DNA from: the human T2T-CHM13v2.0 reference genome, Homo sapiens
Direction: 5' to 3' (one strand)
DNA length: 64,000 nucleotides
Assembly: GCF_009914755.1 (NCBI RefSeq)
Contig: NC_060939.1
Shown: in pieces, positions 12,243-23,980 of the stretch
Layout of the letters: every line of letters starts with the position of its first letter
Numbering within the stretch: the first letter of the stretch is position 1
The notes under the pieces: model-generated
Database searches by the model: none
Seen by the model: the letters and a program-made list of their open reading frames with translations, nothing else
Told to the model about the DNA's origin: nothing
Position numbers and translations under genes: made by a program

Positions 12243-12341
12243 CTTCTCCGCGCAGCAGCCCCCCGTCCGTGCGCGCTGCGCGCTGCCTCTCTCTGGCGCT
12301 CGCTCGCTCGCTCCCTCTAGCTCTCCCCTCCCCCCAAATAT

Positions 12342-12395
12342 CTACACTCCAGGATCTGGCGCCGAGCCGCGGCTTCTTGAATCCAGATATACCAT
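12342..12395 (-). other. 17-codon uORF (MVYLDSRSRGSAPDPGV*) in the probable 5'UTR
   Basis: Minus strand cggggaATGg, strong Kozak (-3 G, +4 G), stop TAG at 12344-12342. Requires the TSS to be upstream of 12395. Confidence 0.5.
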
Positions 12396-12519
12396 TCCCC
12401 GCTGGAACCTCTTCTCCGCTCCGCAGAGCCCCAGTACCCGGAAGATGCCGCCCGACCCTCCTCCGGTGCCGGGCAAACTGAGGGACTGGCGATCTGCGCG
12501 CTGGCGAGGGGCAGGCGGA

Positions 12520-12530
12520 GTCATGTGACG
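12520..12530. promoter_or_regulatory. E-box (USF/TFE3/TFEB/MITF type) overlapping a half-CRE
   Basis: GTCATGTGACG = TCATGTGA core with GTCA/TGAC flanks plus TGACG, next to a GC box. Confidence 0.5.
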
Positions 12531-12551
12531 CCGATCCCTCGAAGAGCCCGT

Positions 12552-12572
12552 TTCAGCAGCGCGGACAGGGAC
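12552..12572 (+). promoter_or_regulatory. RE1/NRSE-like REST binding site
   Basis: TTCAGCAGCGCGGACAGGGAC versus consensus TTCAGCACCNNGGACAGCGCC: canonical 2-nt spacer, 3 mismatches. About 350 bp upstream of the ATG of a neuronal gene. Confidence 0.6.
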
Positions 12573-12643
12573 ACACGCACGCAGCCCCGCCGAGGCGCAG
12601 AGCCGCGCGCAGGCTGCAACTTGGCGCCTCCTCCCCCTCCCCA

Positions 12644-12678
12644 GACACACACACACGCACACGCACACGCACACACTC
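12644..12678. repeat. (CA)n/(CACG) alternating purine-pyrimidine tract in the promoter
   Basis: acacacacacacgcacacgcacacgcacacactc. Confidence 0.85.
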
Positions 12679-13568
12679 AAACCCTGCCCTCCCTCCCCTC
12701 ATCTCCCCTTCTCTCCCTCGGATGTTAAAAAGCAAATCAGATCAATTTTCGTTTAACCCAATGAAACCCCGAAGGCTCGCCATCCCGGGAGTTTGCGTCT
12801 TTGCGCCCCACCGCGGCGCACTGTAGACCTGGGGTTAAGTGCCAGTTGTCATTTTCTCCTCCAAAGGCTCGCCCCCCCCCCCCACTTTATTTCTAATACG
12901 AGGTGGAAGGAGGAAGGTGGGTGGCGAAATAGAGCTGCAAAAGCGTCCAGTCCTAGTCTTTGCATAGTCAGCCGGGTCACATTGAATTCCAGCATCCGGC
13001 TGCACTCCCGGCGGCTTCCCCAGCTACCTGAGGACAGTACAGGGGGTGAGATGGGGTGGTGGTTGGTGAACGTTGGTTACTTTATTTTATATTATTTTAT
13101 TTTGAGAGTTGCCATAATTACCGGCGCCACCCCCCGTGCACCCTGAGGTCTGGTTGGCGAGCCGCTGCTGGGAGTTTTCTGCAAATACCCCCCAAAGCCT
13201 GAAGGCGGGCTTCAAACGCAGGCGCCGGGGACCATGGGAGCCTTCAAATAGCTGCGCTGGCGCAATGATACCTTAATGATAGATTTTCCGTTCTTATTTT
13301 TAGCTCTCATTCGCCTACACAGTTACACGGCATTTATCCGAGAACGTCACAGCGCCCGCATGCTGCACCGGGAGGGCGCGCGGGCTGCCGGGCGAGCCGG
13401 GAGCTGGGGCGGGGAGCGCGCATCGCTGTCTGCCGCAGAGGGCAGCGAGCTCGCCCCGACCCGGAGCAAGCCGCGCCTGGCCCGGGCGCTTTGCAGCGGG
13501 GATGGGTGCCCGCGCAGCCCTGTGAAGGAAAGACACCATCTTTCCGCACGGAAACTGCGTATACCCCT

Positions 13569-13574
<6 letters not shown>

Positions 13575-13618
<44 letters not shown>

Positions 13619-14470
13619 CACACTCACACACAGCACACACCACACACGCACAGATACACACCACACACCACACACCCACACACCACACACACCACACACA
13701 CACACCACACACACCACACACACACACCGCACACACCACACACACACCATACACCACACACACCACACACGCACACACACACGCCACACACACCGCATAC
13801 ACAAACACCACACACCACACACACACACCATACACCACACACCAACACACCACACACACACCACACACCCAAACACCACACACACCAAACACACACCACA
13901 CACCCTACACACACACCACTCCCCACACCCCCCCACACCCCACCACACACACGCCACACACACCACACACAGACACCACACACATGCCACACACCACACA
14001 CACACCACACACACACCACACACCACACACACACCACACACATGCCACACACCACACACATACCACATGCCACATACACACCCCCCACACTCCCCCACAC
14101 CCCCCGCCACACACACACACAACCCACACCATACAAACACCACACACTACACACAACACCCCCACACTCCCCACACCACACACCACACACCACACACACT
14201 ACACACACCACATCCACATACCACACACACCCCTACACACCCCTACACACCACACACACCCACACCCACACATACACCACACACCAGACCACACACCACA
14301 CATACCACACACACCATGCACACCACACCACACACACCACACCACACACACACCACATAACACACCCCTCCCACAGACCAAACCTGGGCTGCACACACAC
14401 ATGCATCACACCTCACACAACACATGCAGCACACCACACACACATACACACACACATACACACACACACC
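13575..14470. repeat. (CA)~21 microsatellite followed by ~850 bp degenerate CACAC/CACCACA simple-repeat array
   Basis: Directly visible. Nearly G- and T-free on the plus strand. Produces spurious His/Thr/Pro and Cys/Val ORFs in all frames. Confidence 0.95.
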
Positions 14471-14909
14471 CTAGTTTGGAGCCCTAGGGAAGGGCTTGGA
14501 AACCAGGCAGCCCTGTGTAGGTCACGGAAGAATCCACAGAGAAGCTCTGCTGTGGAGGAATGGAGCTGCCCCTGTCCTGAGCACAGTGAGGCAGGCCTGT
14601 GTTCCTGGAGTGGGAGCATTTTGGGGGAGGAACTGGCCTTGTTAACCTTAGTCCTCCCTCTAGTGCCATCGTTCCAGTCCTAGGGACCCCAAGGACTCAG
14701 TGGTGCTGATTTTTCTTCACAAATAATGAAAATAGGCTAGATGGCTAAGCCTTTTCATTCAGTCTTAATTTTCCCTACACTATCACCATCTTTTCTTCTC
14801 ATTTGCTCTCTTCATGGAAGCAGAGTTTGCAGGATTGAGGTTCTTAATCTGGCCTTTCTTTATCTAAACTCTTTTATTCGGAAGTCTGTTACAGAAGCCA
14901 AGAAAACTT

Positions 14910-15120
14910 CAGGGAAGGGGCACTGTTCTAAGTGCTTTAGATCAATTAAGCCATTGAATCGTCATGCAACCCAATGTAGTAAGTTTATTTTTTTCCCCAA
15001 TGAGCTCCATTGTACAGACGGGGAAACTGATGCATGGGAGAGTTGAATGACTTGCTCAGGGCCGCTCAGCTAGGAAGCAGCGGAGGTTGGATTTGAACGG
15101 GGCAGTCTGTCCCAGAGGTC
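14910..15120 (-). mobile_element. MIR
   Basis: gcactgttctaagtgcttta...cattgtacagacggggaaactgatgc...gacttgctcagggccgctcagctaggaag. Confidence 0.75.
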
Positions 15121-15825
15121 TTTGTAGAGCTAAGTGGGTGGTCCCTGGGTTGCAGGGAGGTTGGCTTTTATCCCAAGAGGGGGTACGATGGTCAAGAGAG
15201 GGTCTCCCAGGTAGGCTGGAGTCAAGGCTGAGCCTGCACAGAGGCTGCTGTGGCAGAGGGACTTATGGTACATAGGTTCTGAACCTGGGCTGCACATCAG
15301 AATCACCTGGGAGCACTTAACAAGCACTTCCCAGAGATCATGGGTGGGCTAGCTACACTTTCATGGGTAGTTGTAATGTGCAGTGAAGGTGGAGAACCGC
15401 TCATATACGGGAGAACTCATGATATGGTCACGTGCACATGAATCACCTGGGGATCTTGTGAAAATGCAGATTCTCTTTCAGTGGATCTGGGACAGGACCT
15501 GATAATCTGCATTTCTAACAAGTTCCCTGGTCATGAAAAGCTGCTGGTTTGCAGACCACACTTTGAAAGTTCTAGGGCACTCGAGAGGTGGGAGGCAATG
15601 GGATTCATTCATTCATTCACTCATTCACACACATTTCATTCCACTAGTGTTCATTTAGCCCTTCATCTGTGCCAGGCATGGGTGGGCCACTGGGGATACA
15701 GTGATAAACAAAATACAGTCCCTGTCTTGCAAGGGATGCCCAAGCATGCCTTCTCTGTCTGACCCTTAGTGTAGCAGGAAGAAAACCATCTTCCCTTGGA
15801 TCTGGGGGAAAGATTCCGATGAGAG

Positions 15826-16277
<452 letters not shown>

Positions 16278-17261
16278 TCTAAAGCCTGGGCCAAGAACAT
16301 CTGCTCTCAACTCCCTCCTTCCCCTTGCTGGCATTGGGGAGTCTGAGCCACCTCCTTTTGCTGGTCTTGGAGTTACAGGAATTCCTCGTGGGCCAGTCCA
16401 TGCAGGAGGGCTGGGCTTGGCTTAAAACCTCTCTGTGAGAAAGAGGGGGGTGGCATCAGCCCTGGCGCTTTGATTACTCCCATCTGAGCTGTGTGCATAT
16501 TGATTTCTCTCCAGTCCCCACAGCTGGAAACCGGAGAAGAGCTGATTGGCCCCTCTGTGGTCGTTTGCCTCAATACTAGTCAGAGCTCAGAGCCCCTGGA
16601 AGGTGCTTAAGTTAGCTGGCTAAGAAGACAACGTTTACCAGGCCGGCCCTAGCTTGGGCTGGGGTGGGGAATGCCAAGAAGGGGGTAGGCATTCCCTGCC
16701 ATAGCTGGTGGAAGTGGGCACACCTAGCTCTCATGTGTGCTGTCCACTAGTCCTGAGGTCAACCCTCCCTCAAAGGTGGAGAGGATGTCTACAGGAGCAC
16801 CGTAGGTGCATCTGGGCTTTGCCATGCTTCATTCCATTCTCCCAAGAAGGATTTGCATAAGGGTTAATAATCCCATTCACAGATGGGAAAACTGAGGCCC
16901 AGACAGTGGAAACAACATGCACAGAGTCTTACAGGGAGGAGCTGGGATGAGGTACTCTGACTGCTCGTCCAGGCCTCATCCCAGAAGAACTGGCTTCCTG
17001 GATTTCCCACCTCCCAGCCCTGTGGGCTGAGGTCTCTGTAGATAAAGAATCAAGAAGGAGAATTAAGGAATATTTTGGTGGGTTTGGTCTCTGCATTTAG
17101 AAATGGCTAGCTAATGACAGGGACATTGCCCAGTTCAAAATCCTGCTAAGTCTTCATGTGGGATTTTGATTAGACTTTGGACTGGAGCTCAACTTAAGCA
17201 TTTGTTGAGATGGGTGTCCTGTGGGTCTGACTGGATGGGAGGTGCCCGCTAGTGAGGATTT

Positions 17262-17264
<3 letters not shown>

Positions 17265-17307
<43 letters not shown>

Positions 17308-17395
17308 TGTGTGATGTGTGTTGTCTATTGCATGTGTGGAAGTTTCTGAGTGGTATGGTGTGTATGTGTGTGGGGCATGCAGCGTGTGTGTGGAT
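17265..17395. repeat. (TG)n microsatellite with degenerate TG-rich tail
   Basis: gtgtgtgt... directly visible. Confidence 0.9.
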
Positions 17396-17649
17396 GGAAT
17401 ATCTAGAGAACCTCTGCTTCCTTGGCAACATATTCCATAAGAAAAATGTAGTTTCCATGTCATTTAAAGAAATGAAGACTTAAGCACAAGGGGTCAGAAG
17501 CAGACTTGGAAATGGAGGCTTTGCCCTTGGGGATTTACTACTCCAACTTTGGGCTCAATTGGTCAGCTTTGCCCAGACATCCAACTGCGGACACCAGCGA
17601 TTTACGCTTTTACTTTCTAGCCAATGAAAATAGCCATAGTATTCCGTTT

Positions 17650-20600
17650 GATTAAAATTACTGCAGGCTCTTTGTAAAAAACTTAGACAATATAGAAAAT
17701 AAACAGATAATTTCTCCAATGATCACTTTTTTCTATACAATCCTCTTTTCCTAAGTAAATATATCTACCAAAGTGTGTTTCTGGAATACAGAAACTATGC
17801 TATGCTATTTTATGATCTCAATCTCTTGCTGTCTCTTTACTTAACAGTATGTGGGGACATTTTAAATATTACTACAGATTTAATTAATGGATTCTTTCTG
17901 ATTGGGGATTTAGGTTGTTTTCAATTCATAGTTTTTGGAAATAATGCAATTAATATCTTTTTATATACACTTCGCTCTCTTAGGCTGAATTTCTGAAAGT
18001 TGCACTTCGGGGTTAAAATGATGCACATTTGCAACATTGGTTTGTGTTACTTGATTTTCAGAGAGCTTTTACTCCTTACATGGCTACCAGCAGTGGATGA
18101 AACAGTTCATTTCTCCATTGACTTGTCAATCCTGGATATTAATATTGCCAGTTTCTTAAATATTTGCCCATTTTGAAAGGGCAAAAAATGATATTCCTTC
18201 TTGTATTAATTTTAATTTCTTTTTAAAGTTGTGAGGTTAGACATTTTAACATGTTTACAGTCATTCACATTTGTTCTTTTTGAATTTTTGTTTTATATCT
18301 TTATTTTGGCAGTCGTGTTTATATTTTTCTTGTAGATTTATCACAGTGTTTTATATATTAGGGATATTAACCATTGGCTATCACACATGCTGGAAATAGT
18401 GCTGTCTTTTTCTCATTGTGGTAAAATACACATAATGTTTACATGTTAGTCATTTTTAGGCGTACAGTTCAGTGGTATTAAATACACTCACCGTGTTGTG
18501 CAACCACCACCACCATCCATCTCCAGAACCCTTTTTATCTTGTAAAACTGGAACACTGTACCCCTTCAACAACAACTCCCCATTCCCCCTTCTCCCCAGT
18601 CCCTGGCAACCAACGTTCCACTTTCCATCTCTATGAATTTAGCTATTCTAAGTACCACATAAATGGAATTGTTAGGGAAGCAGAAGCCTAGGAGCGCCAG
18701 AGTAAAGCCGTTTTAAGTTCAGCTCCATCTTAGAACTAGCAAGGCACATTCTGTGCCAGTTGCAACCCATGGTCCAAAGATGTTTATAGTTGAAGAAAAC
18801 CCACAAGGACACACACCTACAACATCAGAAAGCCAGATGTCTTAATACCCATAACAACGTGTGCTTTCAAGATAATAATAGTTAGGCTTCGGTGTACTCA
18901 CACACTAAAATGTCAAGGACAGTTTTCTTTAAATCAATAGAATAATAAATTTTGTCATGCTGCCTGCTCACCCGCATATAGGCACAGCTTAGTTTCGTCT
19001 TTGCATAGACAAGACCCTATAAAATAAAATCTTAAAGATGGTGCATTTCTCTGCTTGCTTTCTGAGGACACCCCACTCTGTAATGCAATTGCTTTCAATA
19101 AACTATCTCTTCTCACTATACTCTGTGACCCACCTTGAATTCTTTCCCGCCTCAGATCCAAGAATGCTCCCTTGGGGTCTGCAGTGAGACCCCTTTTTCT
19201 GGTAACTGAATCATACAACAGTATTTGTCTTTTTGTGACTGGCTTATTTCACTTTGTTATTTGTATTTTAATCCTGTGTATCCATATCTATATGTTGTGT
19301 ATGTTGTAACAAATTTTAAATGAATGTTGACAAATCTTTTTTTAATAGTTTCTGATTTTAGATCGCCCCCCCACCGTGCTAGCTCAAGATTGAAACGTAT
19401 TTGCTGTATTTTCTTTTGTAGTTTTATTTTTTGCATTTATCATTTAATTCATTTGGATTTATTTTTGAGAAAGGATTAAGGTTAGGGTCTGGCTTTATTA
19501 TTAATTTCCTCAAATGGCTGGCAAGTTGTCTACCACCACTTGTTTGAATAATTCAAACTCTACTACTGATAAGAAGTAGCGTTTTTATCATATACCAAAT
19601 TCTTGTCCATGCTTGGGACTATTTCCAGATTTCACTTTTTGTCCCATTGTTCTGTCCATCTGTTCTTATGCCACTGACACATGATTTTATTTCTTATTGC
19701 TTTATTATTCATTTTGAAAGCTGCTGGTACAGACACATCTTCATCACTTTTCCTTTTTATACTGTTCCTGAATATTCTTTTGTATTTACTTTTCAAGATT
19801 AATTCATACTCTGTTTGTCTAGTTTCAAAAAAGTCTCATTGAGGTTTCAGCTGGAATTACATTGAAAATGTTTATTAGTTTAGGAAGAATGAATACTTTT
19901 ACAAATGTTTTGTCTTCTTATTCAGGAAAAAGGTGTCATGCCAATTCTTTGTTTTTAAAAATCTTTTGGTGGAATTTTACACTTTTCTTTATACATGTCT
20001 TGCATATTTCTTATCTAATTTATTTCTAGATATGTTTTGCAGTTACTGTTGGAAATAAGATCTCCTTCCTATTTTTTTAAAAAACGGGGCTGTCTTAGTA
20101 TATAAGAAAATGATTGCTATTTATATATTTATTTTTAAGCTGTTATTGGCCTGAATCCTGAATCATTCTTATTTCTAAAATTTTAATTCATCTGTTTGGA
20201 TTTGCCAGTTAGGCAACTGAAGTACATTAATATATTTTCCAATATTTAGGCATGCTTGTATTTCTTAGATAAACCCCACTTAGCCATGGATAATTTTTAC
20301 ATTATCATTGATTTATTTAGTTTTTCCTGTCTCTTTTTGAGTCAATCTTGGTAATTTATAATTCCCAAGATAATTTATTTACATTTCCCAATTTATTAAA
20401 TAGCCCTACCAAATATTATCTTACAGTTTTTCTAATTTTCTCCACGTGTTACTTCCCCTTTTTAAGGGCTGATTTTGTGTTTTTATATTACTTGTCTTTT
20501 CTTACAAGAGTTTAAATCATATTATTAAGACTTCCAATTTATTTGTCAATTCTATTGTTCTTCTAGCTCATTAATATATACCTATATGTTTATTTATTAT

Positions 20601-21090
20601 ATTATTTGTTCTGCTTGCTTTAGATTTGTTTTGTTGTCCCCTCAACTTCTTGAATGCTTAGTTTATTTTCATTATTTCTTGTTTAATAATAATAGTGTTT
20701 AAGACTACACCTTTTCTTGTAAGTGCAGATTTCTTCCAGATACAACAGGATTGCTATATAAATTTCTGATTACCACTATATTAAAATAGTATGAAACTGA
20801 TTTATTCTTTAGGTGGATATTTATCAAAGTTTAACTGAGTACTTTCTGAATTTCCAAGTTGATTTTTTTTTGCTTGCTTTTGCTTATTTCTAGCTATATT
20901 GCATTGTGCTCAGAAAAATGGTCTGTATTATTTCTACAGTTCAAAATTTATTGCTGTTTTTGTTTTGTCCTGTATCTGGTCAATTTTGTGATTGTTCCAT
21001 GGACTTTGGGAAAGGGAACACACACTCTTTTCACAGGGGGTAGAGTTGGACACATATCTAGGCACATATCAGTTTAATAAATTATATTAT
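17650..21090 (-). mobile_element. Old, highly diverged L1M block, with an L1MB-like 3' end (~18410-19255) nested in it
   Basis: Very T-rich antisense L1 motifs (gatattaaccattggctatc..., ttttcttttgtagttttat...). L1MB-like: gcgtacagttcagtggtattaaatacactcac...ggaatcatac...gtgactggcttatttcac. Confidence 0.75.
18670..19207 (+). mobile_element. ERV1 solo LTR (MER41-family-like) inserted into the L1MB
   Basis: Starts TGTTAGGGAAGCAG and ends ...cttggggtctgcagtgagacccctttttctggtaact. AATAAA at ~19097. 4-bp TSD GAAT (18666-18669 / 19208-19211). L1MB sequence resumes seamlessly. Confidence 0.85.
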
Positions 21091-22759
21091 TCAGGAACAA
21101 ATCTCTGATACTGATCTCTGTTTAGAGTAAGTGCAGCTGTGCACCGAAGTTGCAGATGTTTGTACTGTCAAGAGCACCAGGGCTGGAGAAAGCTGATATT
21201 TTTCTCCTCTAACACTGTCCAGTGTCCCTGAGGCTCAAGGACTTGCTAAAGTCTAGAGCTCAGCAGCAGGCCAGGAAACAAACATAAAGGGCCCCTGAGT
21301 AGCCAAAAGGAACACCACTAGTGTCCATGTACTCCCAAGCTCCGTTGTTACCAGAGTTAAGCCCCCTAGGTCATAGCTCATTGCCTCCGCGTTTACATTA
21401 TACAGTGCCTTTTAGTGAATCTGGTGATGCGGCCTCCTAGTACATTTTGGATTGGGCACGAAAAACTCATAGGTGAGTGAGCCAAACATGTGGTTGACAG
21501 TAAGTGAAGAGAAACGTATCTAAGCCTTCAATGAGCCCAGAGGATAGAGTATCATGCACTAGTGCAATCATCAGTACAAATTTGTGCTGGACAGCTCCCA
21601 TTTGCCACTCCAGACCTGCTCTCCACTCTTCTCCACTCTGCTGTGTCCCAGGAGGCTGGTATCAGTTGTGGGTCTCAACTGCATCAAGGGCTTCTGATGC
21701 GGGTTGGACCAAGATAATTGTTTTCCTGGAGGGAGAGAGGAGAATGAGGTTGGTGTTGCACCTCTCCTACCAGCCCTGTCCCTAGGCTCCTGTAACTGCT
21801 CCCTGCCTTTACTGCTCTAGGACTAGGGATGTTCTTATTCTAGGGCAGTGCACCGGCTCCTGTGGTTTCCCTACTCCCAGCTCAAACCTTTGCAGATAGT
21901 CCCTTTATTACACCCGCCTCTCAAATTACCCAATTTGAATGTTTCATCTGTTTCCTGCTGGACCCTAAACGATACAGAGCTGGTAGGAAACTTAGGAATA
22001 ATTTAGCCGAAGTTCCTCATCTTTTGATTGGGAAAAAGGCATGCTAAAGGTCACAGGTTTATGGCTAGAACTAGAATTCCGGACACTGGAATCTTAGTTT
22101 GCTATTCTTGCTTCTCCAGTATTCTTTCAATCCAATTTTGTTAAATACAGAGAGCTAGAATTATAAACACAGAAGAATATGAAAAATAAGTCAAAGATTT
22201 ACCACCCCCTTCATTGGAATCAGGCCCAGCTAATCTGATCTTTTGAATCATTTTAGGGGAGTGGGAGGGGAGGTAGGCATATGTGCTCAGTTTCTTATTT
22301 AGATTCAATATTCTTTCTTCTCTGATCTATATTTTCTACTTTTTGTAATAAAAAGTTACGATAGTAAAGAAATAAAACACTTTAAGAAATGTTTTCAGTC
22401 AAAAACTTCTGGTGCTTAAGAGAGTAGGCAAATCTTCAGCTATTTAGAGTGTTCATCCATCTACAATGGTACAGTTCTAGAGAGTTTCTAGAGTATTCTG
22501 GAGCAGAGATTTTTACTGCCTTACTAAATGAGGAACGGTTGGTCCAAAATCCCATACTGATTCTTTGGAGTAGGTTTGTTGCAGAGTCCAAAATAGGACA
22601 GGATTTTTAAAAAATGGAATTCAGAGAGTTTAAAAAATATATTATCATTAGGATTATTTCAATATTTCAAGTAAAAAAAAAAAAGGAAAAATCAATGAGG
22701 GGTTTCTTGTTGCAACTGTGGTGCCCAACATGGAGAATCACTTTATGAATAACTTTTCA

Positions 22760-23545
<786 letters not shown>

Positions 23546-23579
23546 TAAATGAACTCCCAGGTCTGTTTCTGGGTCTTAG

Positions 23580-23980
23580 CTGACACAGGCTAGACTTTAC
23601 AAATGAATCCAAAAGTTTATGGCTTAAACCCAGTGGAAGTTTATTCCTCTGATTTATTAATAGTCCAGGGTATTTGGGTGAGTGTCTCTCCACATGGCGA
23701 TTCAGGGATCCAGGCTTCTTTCATCTTGCGGTTCTGCTACTCCCTAGGGCCTTGTTCTAGTCAGCATGTAACTTAGTCAGATTCTAACCGTGGGAGGGGA
23801 AATAGTGGGGCAGAGGCACAGCCTCTTTCTTAAAGCTCCATCTCAGAAGTGGCATATCTCACTTCTGTTCACATTCCATTGGTGAAAATTAGTCATTTGG
23901 CCACTCATTAAGTGCAAGGGAAGTTGGGAAATGTGTACTAGCCATGTGCCTGGGAGGAAGGGTATAACAGGTTTGGATGG
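23580..23980 (-). mobile_element. MLT1-type LTR fragment
   Basis: attcagggatccaggcttctttcatcttgcggttctgc...cacttctgttcacattccattggtgaaaattagtcat. Confidence 0.65.

Larger units (their letters stand above)
11150..13570 (-). promoter_or_regulatory. RASGRF1: CpG island / RASGRF1 promoter, 5'UTR and first exon
   Basis: Dense unmutated CpGs and very high GC, with GC boxes (e.g. gggcaggcggag 12509-12520), against CpG-depleted flanks. Exact TSS not determinable from sequence. Confidence 0.92.

Noticed and set aside
11143-13146. Several 100-230 aa ORFs across the CpG island (e.g. 11801-12481 +)
   Set aside because: Expected stop-codon scarcity in GC-rich DNA; Arg/Pro/Ala-rich with no recognisable family.
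13276-14487. 403 aa His/Thr/Pro-rich ORF and overlapping 180-290 aa ORFs on both strands
   Set aside because: They arise from the stop-free CA-rich repeat; open in nearly all frames, with no domain or splice structure.
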